This document shows positions 1 to 16,064 of a stretch of DNA of 64,000 nucleotides, in pieces. Below the pieces are notes generated by a model that saw only the letters and a program-made list of their open reading frames with translations, did no database searches and was not told where the DNA came from. Position 1 is the stretch's first letter, and each line of letters starts with the position of its first letter. This stretch comes from Eledone cirrhosa (taxonomy: Eukaryota): positions 50,344,001-50,408,000 of the forward strand of contig OZ024742.1 of NCBI GenBank assembly GCA_964016885.1. Direction: 5' to 3'. The position numbers were made by a program, and so were the translations under genes.

Positions 1-938
1 GCGTCGTCGCACTTACTGCGCACCAACCCTCTATAGAATGTTGAGGTTGAGTCTCCACTGATTGCCGGATCCGCTTGCCAGAGGGCCGTGAGCGCCTGGG
101 CACATTCAATGTGCCAGTCACCCATTTTTCTCGGTCTTTGCTTGATCCAGGATTGCAGCTCGGTGAGTGAGACGAGTCTCGGAAAGGCTCGCCTCACAAA
201 CAGGGCCCACACTGGCTGACCGGTGAGGAATACCTGCAGGTGCCGTAGCCTTAATGCGTGTCTACGCATCGTCAGCCACGGCATCGCCAGCCCTCCGTTC
301 GAAGGGTGTTGACAGCAGATGGATCTTCTCACCAAAGGAGCCCGCTTCTTCCAAAGAAATCGGAAGAGCGCGCGCTCAATTTTGGCGAGTGTTTTCTCTG
401 GGCAAGGCACGACGGTCAAGCGGTAGTAGATGACGGACGCTATATAAGCGTTCGCCACCTCGCACTCGGCCCACTTCTGGGCGAGTGCAAACACCTTGCC
501 CGTTACCTCGTCCCAGTTTTTCTCCACCTGGAGGTCCGGTCCGAACCAGACCCCGAGCAGCTTCACCGGTCCCTCCGTCCAGCGTCCGACGATGCCGTCG
601 GAGGGCATCGTTTTGCCCCTCCACGTCCCGAGTTGCAAACCGACGGACTTGTCCCGGTTCAGCTTGGCTCCTGTGAACCTTTCATATTCCTCCAGTAAGG
701 TGCCGATCTGCCCGATTTCCGAGGCGCACGACACCATTACTGTCACGTCATCGGCGTAGGCCGACACCGCTTTCCGCAATCCCGGTTCCAAGGGGATGCC
801 CTGCAACAGCTCCAGCCTCCTCAGTAGTGGCTCGAGAGCCAGCACATATTGGAGGGAGGAGAGAGGGCATCCCTGTCGAATGGATCGCGTGATTTGGAAC
901 GGCTCCGAGAGGTAGCCGTTCACCTTGACACTCGAGCA
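1..938 (-). mobile_element. L1/Tx1-like non-LTR retrotransposon RT fragment
   Basis: Minus strand translates to SVKVNGYLSEPFQITRSIRQGCPLSLLQYVLALEPLL...VSAYADDVTV (QGCPLS and YADD motifs); GC-rich; continues off the window edge. Confidence 0.9.
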
Positions 939-939
939 G

Positions 940-1640
940 TGAGGTAGAGATTGTAGTGATAAAGGATATTGAGAGTGGTACAGGGAAAGTTAGTTTCGTA
1001 ATAGATATAGAGAGAGGGGTAAATTGTTCGTGTTAGATAGAGAGAAGGGACGAGTTTGAAGGTAGTAGATATAAAGAGGGATATTGGGGAATATTGTTAT
1101 ATGGTAGATATAGAGAGGAGGAGAATTTAGTGGTTATGGAAATAGAGAGTGAGGTAATGAGAGTTTGACCTGGGGTAAATATAGAGAGGGGGAGAATAAG
1201 GGGCTAGTAGATATAGAGAGGGGTGTTGGGACAGATCGATATAGATAGATTGAAAGAGGAGAGGCATTGCTGGTAGTAGATATAGAGAGGGCTATTGGGA
1301 GAGATAGTGTCGTAATAGATATAGAGAGGCGGAAAATGAGAGTGCCCTGGGATTTATATTGGGACGGGGTGATTTTAGGGCTAATGAATAGAGAGTGGGG
1401 GAGTTAGAAGAGAGTATCGTATGGTGGATATAGTGAGGTAGGGAGCTTGGTGGTATTTGATATAGTGAGTTTTGTTGGGAGAGGGTGTTGTACGTTTGAT
1501 TTAGCGAAGGGGAGAGTTTGGTGATAGTAAATATAGAGAGTCCTTTTGGGAGAGATAGGTGTAGATTGGTAGAGAGAGGGGGAGAGGTTGATTCTAATTG
1601 ACAGAGTGAAGGGTATTGCGATAGAGTATGTTGTAGACTG
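940..1640. repeat. Degenerate purine-rich repeat (gtagatatagagagg-like units)
   Basis: Recurrent tagatatagagagg/atagagag motif about every 30-45 nt. Confidence 0.6.
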
Positions 1641-2212
1641 ACTGACGCACCCAGTTCCTCCCGAGTAAACAGATGACACGGGAAGATAGGTAGAAGAGAA
1701 AATGAGTGTATTGTATGTTTGTCTGGTTTACAGTATGAGGCGAGGCTGGCTATGTGTGCGTGACAAATGAAAACAGTAAACGATTTTTACCAGATACATA
1801 TTCTTCGTGCATAGTATATGAAGATTTATAGGTTTTTCCACTCGTGATCAAACTACATATAACTGTCAATGTGTAAAAAGGGATTCTCTTGTATTCAATC
1901 CTACAACGTTGAAACTCTGAGTCTGAACTTTATTTATGGTCATAGTAAAACTAGCTTTAACAAGGAACTGAAGTTTTGAGAATATTAAATCAGCTCGGTA
2001 GAGGAACAGATGAGAGGAATCCTGGGAATATATGCAATTTCTACTTGACAATTACAACCAAGAATAGTGACCTGTTGGAAATGGTTCGTCTGCCACCAGA
2101 CTTTATATGTGTGCCATTGCATAGATGTTGTTTGTCCACGTTTCTCAAAAGGATGATGGGAGTTCCAATCTTTTCTAGATACAGAGAATTATATATAGAT
2201 AATTATATATAA

Positions 2213-2251
<39 letters not shown>

Positions 2252-2579
2252 TGTGTGTGTTTGTGTGAGAGAGAGAGAGTGGCCAACACCAAGAGAGAAA
2301 GACAGAAAACGATAAACAAAAATGTGACGTCTTTTTTATATATATGTATATATGCAAACCATGTTACTTCTTCTTCCATATACTTATTGATTTACAATTT
2401 TATTTCATTATACACTTCCGTCGCACGAGGAAGCCCATAGGCTGCAACCGGTATGAAAAATACGGAAATTCCTTTTTTGTAAATAAATGTCCCTGAGAAA
2501 ATCCCTTTAGCATTTACTACATTTTTTTTTATTTTTTACTACTTCATATATCAAATCGTGTGTCACTCCTCTCTCTCTT

Positions 2580-2700
<121 letters not shown>

Positions 2701-2776
2701 ATATAAATATATATATATATATGTGTGTGTGTGTGGGTACGTGAGTATGTGTGTATATATATTTATAATATATATA

Positions 2777-2875
<99 letters not shown>

Positions 2876-3101
2876 TTATATTAATAAAAGGAATTCCAAC
2901 TTTGTCTAATTAACTCGTTTTATTTACAATCTTTTAAAATTATAATGGTATTAGAATCAAATAGTATGGAATGAAATTCTACAGTTGAAAATTGCAAACT
3001 TCACTGTCACCACAGAATTTGAACCTTGGAATTCCATTTATTAATATAATCTTCTATACACAATCATACACACCAGTGTATATTTATTTCTCTCTCAATC
3101 C

Positions 3102-6693
<3,592 letters not shown>

Positions 6694-6859
6694 TTAATAC
6701 AGACGTACAGTAGTATGTATATATATATACATACTACTGTACGTCTGTATACATCTATGTATGTACGTGTAGATACTTATATTTAAGTAACAGCCGTACT
6801 AAGAGTGGGAAATGAAATTTCGTCTCATTTTTTCCGTTTATATATATATATATATATAT

Positions 6860-7786
6860 GTGTGTATAAGTTAAAAACAATGAAATACAAATTCAAGTCA
6901 TTAGGGATATACTTCACTGCTTTACGATCGTTTCTAGGTGATAAAAATACATACTACGCATATTTCGTTATCGATCTATTTAAGGTTAGTTACAAAATAT
7001 CAAATAAGGAATATACTTACCTACGTGTACATCGTCAGCCGTTGTCAAAAGCAATGAAAATGTTCTTCAAAATCAATAGTTAGTTAAGTTCTATGACCTT
7101 ATTTTGAGGTACCGGAAGAACAAACCAATCAAATGGTGTTTTGCAATATAATGTTAAGACGAAATATAACTCAGTTTAGTTGAGGTCATCACCTTTTGAA
7201 AGGAATTGTTGAATGGTGTTAAAAATAGAATTACTATGTAGAACCTTTGAAGAAAAGGGATTGTTGTATTGATAGTGGAATGTAGATGGTGGAGTGAAGT
7301 TTAAAAGGGATGTAAAAATTATATGTTGAGTTGTCTTGTATCGAGTTTTTAGATTAATATAAATAAATAAATATAAAATATACGGAAATAACTAGGATAA
7401 ATATAGATAGGTAAAGTAAAGGTCATCACTAAGAAGGATAGTATATTAAATAATGACAATTATAATAAAATAATAAAATACAATAATATAATATAATATA
7501 ATGTAATTTAATATAGTGCAGTATAGTACATTGTATATAGTATAATATTGTGTATGATGCATCATAAAATATAAAATAGTAAATATGTTCAAGGGGGTCT
7601 ATGTATAAGTAATCAATCTCAGATAAATGCATGTTGACAGATAGCCAAAATGCATAATTTTCTCAGATCGCAAAAGTACATATACTCACATATATAGATA
7701 GAGGAATAATGACATTGATACTCCATTAACCGGATACTTACGCATACATAGTTATATACATATACATATACATATACATACATACA

Positions 7787-7828
<42 letters not shown>

Positions 7829-7895
7829 CATATACATACATACATATACATATATATATACATGCACACACACATACACGTACATACACATACAC

Positions 7896-7981
<86 letters not shown>

Positions 7982-9330
7982 TCTCTTATCATACATACAT
8001 AGATACATGTATACCCATGCAATTGCAGGTTGTTAGTTACCTTGATGCCCTTAGTCAGTAACGCATGAATCTAATAAAGCTAAACAATTAAAAGGTTAAA
8101 AAAGTAACAGGAAGGCGTATATTTAGGAGAAGGGGATACTAACAATATGGTACGTCACATAAATTACTGTTGTTGTATTTGGTGTTATTATTGGGTTGAT
8201 TATGAGAGGTTGAATGTTTGGTAGTCATATGTGAGTTGTTAACACTGGTCATAGATCGTGTAGTAATAGTTGATGTGATTTTTCGGTTGTTTGGTGTGAT
8301 AATAATGACCCCATTAGGCATTTGTTTCGATGGTATTTTTTGCTGTTTGTAGTTTTTGCTAGGTTTTGTAGTATGGTCCATAGTAATGTTGGTGATGTAT
8401 GACATTTTTTCATTATATCCACTTCTAGTTAGAGCCTCGTTGTAGCAGGGTGCATTATTATAAAATATATCTGCATTGGAAGATAATTTAGAAAGTCTAA
8501 GAGATATGTTATGTACTATGTTTTTGAGTATAGAGCCAGGGTCGTTAGAGCGTGAATATACATAGTGTAGATTCTGGTTGGGTTTGTGGTAAGGTTGATA
8601 AATATTCGTAGAGAGGTCTAAGGTAACGTCAAGGAAGTTAACCACTTTTGAGGTGTTTTCAAAGGTGATATTAAGGTTGTAATAGTCCTTGAGGAATTTT
8701 CTAATTTGTTTTTGGTTTTTCTCTATATTAGAATTGCTAAGATTGTTAGATATCAATAGACAATCATCCCGATAAAGACCACCTTTGAGTTGGGGAAAAG
8801 AGGAATGAATATTATGGAGGAGAAATAGTCCAACGAGGTCTGTATCTTGAGCAGAGTCCATGGATCCCATCGTTATATCGAATAAGTTGTTATATGTGTT
8901 TCTTGTCCACTGTTCTTCATGGAAGTTTAGTAAGGTTTTTCTAGCGTGAGTTATGAATTTGATTTCATCAGTAGATAAATTCGAACTATTTCTGGGAAAA
9001 ATCAGTGCTTTGTTTAAGAAAATTGGAGAAATCGAAGAATAGTAAGAATCGATGTCGAATTGGATGAATGAAGTTCAGTTTTTATTCTCGATGTTAGTGA
9101 AAGATTCAATAACCTTGGAAGTGTTATCTGATAATGGAAGTGTTACACATTTTCTAATCTGCGGAATGATTCGATCAATAATGTTCTTGCTGATAGTACC
9201 GTTATCAGATGTTGATGGGCATATCAGTCTAATAGATGGGTTCGAATTAAAGTCAGATTTCTTGTCCTACAGGTTGAAGTGCGGGCTTTTAGGTGTGAAT
9301 GGCTCCGTTCTATTTTCAATATGGATTTAA
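6860..9330 (-). mobile_element. Penelope-like element, inverted arm (RT fragment joined to 3' UTR/pLTR)
   Basis: ORF 8139-8870 has MGSMDSA..DLVGL, GLYRDD, VNFLDVTLDL, YQPYHKPN; 6860-8160 is the reverse complement of ~10575-11850. Confidence 0.9.
6916..7055 (-). ncRNA. Hammerhead ribozyme candidate, U3-A8 core, very long stem II (mirror copy 11665-11803 +)
   Basis: Minus: attgctt TTGACAA cggctga..~100 nt..tcaccta GAAA cgatcg TA aagcagt; 7-bp stem I, palindromic stem III, imperfect stem II base. Confidence 0.65.
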
Positions 9331-9339
9331 AGAAAAAAT

Positions 9340-10757
9340 TTCATATATCCCCAACACTACTATGGACCATACTACAAAACCTAGCTAAAACTGCAAACAC
9401 CAAAAAATACCATCAAAACAAATGCCTAATGGGGTCATTCCTATCACACCAAACAACCGAAAAACCACAACAACTATTCTATGACCAATGTTAACAACTC
9501 ACATATGACTACCAAACATTCAACCTCTCATAATCTACCCAATAATAACACCAAATAAAACCACTGCAATTTACCAAAATCCACAAATACAAATACTAAC
9601 CATAAGAACTCTTCTAGAACACAGCACATTAATATAAGTGAGAATAAGAACTTTTACTAAAAACCGCAAAAGAAACATAATATGGTACAACGCACCCTTA
9701 AACCTTCAAACTATTGGACAAATCCCCAAAAGATTCTTCGAAATTCTACATAAACATTTTCCACCAAATATTTAACAGGTATACTGTTAATTTCTCATAC
9801 TCTACACCAAACAATCTCCAGCAGAAAATAAGCAACTACAACATTTATAAATTTAAAAATAATATGACCACACCACCACAACATAATTTAAATAAGACTG
9901 CACCCTTTAAAAGGACAAATAATACAATTCTTCAACCTTGAAAACACAACCACCCAAATCACCAACACAAAAACAACATAACACAAAATCCCAATACAAC
10001 CCCAGCCTAAATCACCCACAAAGCAGCACTCATTCTCTCTCTAACATTAATTACAATAAGAATAGATCCAGGATTAATGAGAATTATATAGGTACCCCCA
10101 ACAACCATCTTACGTATGGTTGTAATTGCAGAAATAGAAGCGTTTGCCCCTTAAATGGCAACTGTTTGATTAATAATGTAATATATACATGCACTGTGTC
10201 TACTACTGACTCTAACAAATCGTATATAGGATCTACATCGAACACATTTAAGAAAAGATATTACGCACACTCCAGTAGCTTTAACAACACTAAACTAGCT
10301 AACACTACATCTTTAGCTGAAGCAGTAAATAACTATAAAAAGGCAAAAAAAAGATTTCAGGCTATCGTGGGATACCATTCTGCAAAGGACTCCATATCTT
10401 GGGAACAGGAGAGAATGCAGATTATGTTCCGGGGGGATCTTGGAAATTACTAAATCTAAGGACGATTTATTGAATAAAAGACAAGAACTGATTATGGCTT
10501 GTAATCACCGTATACGAAAGAGATTGTAAGTACTATAAACCTAATTAAACATTCTAAATAGCAGCTCACTATAGGTCTATGTGACGTACAATTTTGTTAG
10601 TATCCCCTTCTCCTAATTATACGCCTTCCTGTTAAATTTTTAACCTTTTAAATTTTTAGCTTCCATTGATTCATGCGTTACCGACTAAGGGCAACAAGAT
10701 ACATAACCACCTGTAATTGCATGGGTATACATGTATCTATGTATGTATGATAAGAGA

Positions 10758-10797
<40 letters not shown>

Positions 10798-10878
10798 ATA
10801 TGTGTATGTGTGTATGTATGTGTATGTACGTGCATGTGTGTGTGCATGTATATATGTATGTATATGTATATATGTATG

Positions 10879-10931
<53 letters not shown>

Positions 10932-11970
10932 GTATGTGTGCGTGTATGCATGTATATGTATATATCTATCTATGCGTATGTATGTTTTTAATGGAGTATC
11001 TATGTAATTATACCTCTATCTATATATGTGAGTATATGTACTTTTGTGATCTGAGAAATCTATGCGTTTTGGCTATCTGTCAACATGCATTTATCTGGGT
11101 TTGATTACTTATACATAGACCCCCTTGAAAACATTTACTATTTTATTTTTTATGATGCATCATACGCTATATTGTACTATATACAATGTACCATACTGCA
11201 CTATATTAAATTACATTATATTATATTATTATATTATTGTATTTTATTATTTTATTATAATTTTCATCTTTTAATATACTATCCTTCCTAGTTATGACCA
11301 TTACTTTACCTATCTATATTTATCCTAGTTATTTCAGTATATTTTATATTTTTTTTATTTATATTCACCTAAAATCTCCATAGAACACAACTCAACATAT
11401 AATTTGTACACCCCTTTTAAACTTCACTCCACCATCTACATCCACTATCAAAACAACATTCTTTTTTCGTCATAGGTTCTACATAGTAATTCTATTTTCA
11501 ACACCATTCAACCATTCCTTTCAAAAGGTCATGACCTCAACTAAAGTGAGTTATATTTCGTCTTAACATCATATGGCAAAACACAATTTGATTGGCTTAT
11601 TATTCCGGTACCTCCAAATAAGGTCATAGAGCTCGATTTACAATTGATTTTGAAGAACATTTTCATTGCTTTTGACACGGCTGACGATATACACGTAGGT
11701 AAATATATTCCTTATTTGATATTTTGTAACCAACCTCACAGAGATCGATAACGAAATATGCGTACGATGTATTATTATCACCTAGAAACGATCGTAAAGC
11801 AGTGAAGTATATTCCTAATGACTTGACTTTTTATTTTATTGTTTTAACTTATATCATCACTCTGTTTTCCTTTTGATGTTTAATTATTTTCCGGGATTTA
11901 TCTTAAACTACATTTTCAACATACGGATATCTTTGAGTTCTTCATACAGACTAGAACCCACAACTAATTG
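9340..11970 (+). mobile_element. Penelope-like element 3' half (linker, GIY-YIG endonuclease, 3' UTR), frameshifted
   Basis: RKRNIIWYNAP; CNCRNRSVCPLNGNCL..IYTC..YIGSTSNTFKKRYYAHSSSF. Confidence 0.9.
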
Positions 11971-11992
11971 GATATTTCTGTGTGTGTGTGTG

Positions 11993-12045
<53 letters not shown>

Positions 12046-12054
12046 CTCTGTCTC

Positions 12055-12157
<103 letters not shown>

Positions 12158-12191
12158 AGATTTGAATGGATACAGTTTAGTTGAAAGGAAT

Positions 12192-12312
12192 TTATTGACA
12201 CGTGTTTCTATAACAGTTACATAACCTGAAAACAGCTGCTATCTACAAAGTTTTAGTTATGCAGACATTCAATATTTCAATGTTATTATTTACTGTCATT
12301 TCATCAGAATAA
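12192..12312 (-). ncRNA. Hammerhead ribozyme in 3' pLTR (long stem II)
   Basis: Minus: ttatt CTGATGA aatgacagt..~70 nt..actgttata GAAA cacgtg TC aataa. Confidence 0.8.
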
Positions 12313-12860
12313 TATTACTGAGGACCTATTTGGTTTTTATAGAGAATATTAGGAGGGAGGGGTGAAGTTGTTAGAAGAATAAAGAATAGTTGAGGGAGTG
12401 GTTTTTTGATAGCAGTGAGAATTTTTGGTGGCAGTGAGTAATTAGATTCCCATCTGTTGTTTTGACATTTTTATAGAATATATTATTGGTTATTTTTCTA
12501 AATGTATAGAAGGATTAGAGATAGTAAAGATATGCGTGATTGGTTTTGTGTTTCCAATTAATTAACAATCAGACTTAAATTTTTCTTTCAAGTGTACGTA
12601 TCCTTTCACCCACGCATTCATACACAAATATATTTGCACACCTCTACAAAATACATATACTCACATTCACATATTCATACTTACATACATATACACGTGC
12701 ATACATATATATATACACACATGTATTCATGTACATACATACGCGTTCATGTGTATACATTTTCATACTCAACTTATCTTTATATACACACGTATAGACA
12801 CACACATATATACATACATACTCTAGTCTATGTGTACACATATACATATACATACACATC

Positions 12861-12942
<82 letters not shown>

Positions 12943-13156
12943 CACTTTAATACATGAATACACTTACATCTAACTATACACATCAAACATATATATATAT
13001 TTACTTATTTATATACATTTTCACATATATATATACATACTTATGGACGTTTTTAGACACATTCATTATCGCATATTTGCACCTATTCTCGTCAGCATAT
13101 CTTTCCATTATTAGTGTGGTAATTTAAGGTTAATATATGTTGAGAAGAGATTGTTT

Positions 13157-15532
13157 TTATATTTTTCTAACTAGATTGAGGTTTATATAGTTGGGGGGAT
13201 GTCCCTCTTTTATGTAATATTCGGCTTGTAGTGAGGAAAAAAGGGTTTTAGTTCTGTGACGGCAGAATAATGTTCGTTCAATTCTGTTATTCAGCAATTT
13301 CTTCTTGTGTGTGATTATGTAATAAATCTCAAGATTACACAATTTGCAGAAATTTTGGCTCCTGGAAAAGCTTTGGGTTTTAGCTAATTTCTCCCATTTT
13401 AGGGTAAACTTTTGATCGCTATCCCTGAGCGTCCAAGCTTTTTCTGCTAAAGTTGTTACATTTCTTTGGCTCTGGTGTTTTATTGAGTAAGAATGCCTAT
13501 ATAATCCAGATTGAAACGATGTTGCCGTTGATCCCACGTAATACCACTCGTTGCCTCCGGATTTAATGGTACACTTATAAATAATATTTTTTTCCAGGCA
13601 GTTATTGCCGAGGGGGCAGTTGTCAAGATAGGTGCAGTTACAGTTGTGTACGTTGGGTTTTCTCTGGAGTAGTATTGCGGACGAACTTAGGCGTGGTTTA
13701 TTTATGTTCTGTAGTGTATTGTCTACTGTTTTTTTGTGTTCTTTGTACTTAAGTTCTTAGTGTTTTCGTTTAACCTTCTAGTATTGATCTTTTTTATGTG
13801 TTGTTCAAGGTTTAACGCTGTAGAGTATGACAGTCTTATAGTGGTAGGGTTTAGGATTTTGTGGTATTTGTGTGATGTAGGAAAATGTCTCTTAATTATT
13901 TTACAGAAGAGTACTGGTAAATTTGTACTAATGGAACTATTGTATTCGGGGTTATACCATAAATACTCTTTGCATCGCTTTCTATTAGTTTTGTTTGTTG
14001 GTTTACTGGTGTGCATACTATGGTAGTAAGTGTGGTTTGGTGTTGTGTTATTATATCTACCTATGTGGGATTTATTTTGGGTTGTTTTGATTGTTCCCAT
14101 CTATATACTCTATTTTTTTGAGGTAGCCTGCTTTACTAAGGGCGTTATCGTAGTACTCGGCGTGTTCCTTAAATACTTGTATGTTAGAAGATAGACCCGA
14201 GATTCTAAGGGAAATATTTTTAGGGATAGATTTAATTATAGAGATGGGGTGGTTAGACCCAACATTTACGTATTTGAGATTTTCATTCAATTTATGAAAC
14301 GGTTTAATCAAACCAGAGTTTAAATTGAGTGTGACATCCAGGAAGTTAACTACTTTAAGGTTGTATTCATATGTTATAGTTAGTCCTATTTCGAGTAGTT
14401 GTTTTCTTATATCTTTGCGTAGTTTTTCTAGTTTTTGGTTATTTAGGTTTTTAACTAGGAGGAGAATATCGTCGCGGTATATTCCGCCGTGGAGATTGCT
14501 GAATTTTTCCTGGAGTCTAAAGGCGATAAATAACCCCACAATATCAGTTATTTCCGCCGAATCGTTAGAGCCCATTGTTATGTCAAAGTTAGAGGGTCTA
14601 TCTTTACGTACCCAATAACTGTTCTCAAATTTGACTATAGTTTTCCTAGCTTCTAATATAATCTTAATTTCATCGTTTGTAAGGTCAGAGTTATCCTTAG
14701 CAAACTTAATGGCTCTATTCAAAGTTTCAGGTGATATCGATGAGTAATATTCATCGATATCAAACTGGATAAACTTAGATTTATTCTTATTGCTAATGCT
14801 ATTAAACCATCTTATTGCTTCTTGGGTCTTTCCCCAGAGTTTAATGTTAACCTTAGCCTTAATTTGGGGGATGATTCTATCTAAGATATATTTGCTTATT
14901 TTACCTATATCTGATTTAGAGGGGCAGATTAATCTAATTTTAGGGTCATTATCAAAGTTTACCTTATGGTCCTTAAGATTGAAGGTGGGTACCGCCGGTA
15001 AGAGTGCTCCTGTCCTATCTTTGATTCCGAGATTTTTCACTATTTCGCATGCCTCATCATTGATGTGCTTAAGAGTTACTTCATTCGTTTTTCTATATTT
15101 TTTATGTAATTCTTTTCGAATGAAGTTGTTGTATGTAGTGCAATCCATAGTATACAGGTTTGATGTTTTGTCCGCTTTTACTACAATTCCTTTGGTGTTT
15201 TTAAGGTCGTCCAGTAGTTTTTTTATATCTTTCTGTAATTTGCTGTTGGTGCTGCGTCCTTTGAATTTAATTTTAAGGATTAAGTTCATAAGTTCCTGCT
15301 CAAATGCATCTAATAGTGGGTTGGTGGGTGGGTTTTTACAAGTCCTAAAACCGAATTTGTTGTTTACACCACTTTCTAATGTTGAGTTCATACGGCTTCT
15401 ATCATAGTGGAGCGTTTTCCACCTGACACGTCGAATGAATTCATTAGTTTTTTGAATCATACTCAATAAATATTCCTTTCTACCTTGGGTTGGGATGTTT
15501 TTGAGTGACATATCCAGGTAGTGTTTTTCCAT
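13157..15532 (-). pseudogene. PLE RT + GIY-YIG polyprotein (~790 codons) with two compensating frameshifts
   Basis: KADKT, FIQFDIDEYYSSI, ITMGSNDSAEITDIVGL, GIYRDD, LWYNPEY, CNCTYLDNCPLGNNCL, YYVGST, CKLCNLE, FCRH; shifts near 14080-14100 and at the A7 tract near 13730. Confidence 0.92.
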
Positions 15533-15736
15533 TGTTGTGGTTGCGTTTGCTGTGTGGGTTGCTCGACTTTACAGGAGGTAAATATACAGTATTTTCCGTT
15601 GTGTTGTAATATAAATATTACACACAGTAGATTGACAGCTCACGTAGAGTTTGCTCGACGGTTCCAGTTGTAGTTCCAAAAGTAATCCGGAGAAAAATAG
15701 AAAGATTTGAATGGATACAGTTTAGTTGAAAGGAAT

Positions 15737-15857
15737 TTATTGACACGTGTTTCTATAACAGTTACATAACCTGAAAACAGCTGCTATCTACAAAGTTTTT
15801 GTTATGCAGACATTCAATATTTCAATGTTATTATTTACTGTCATTTCATCAGAATAA
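15737..15857 (-). ncRNA. Hammerhead ribozyme in 5' pLTR (same motif as 12192-12312)
   Basis: Near-identical repeat of the 12192-12312 motif. Confidence 0.8.
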
Positions 15858-15997
15858 TATTACTGAGGACCTATTTGGTTTTTATAGAGAATATTAGGAG
15901 GGAGGGGTGAAGTTGTTAGAAGAATAGTTGAGGGAGTGGTTTTTTGATGGCAGTGATAATTTTTGGTAATATTTATATTACAACACAACGGAAAATA

Positions 15998-16064
<67 letters not shown>

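Noticed and set aside
258-759. Listed ORFs of 63-146 aa
   Set aside because: Antisense or alternative-frame shadows of the GC-rich LINE RT
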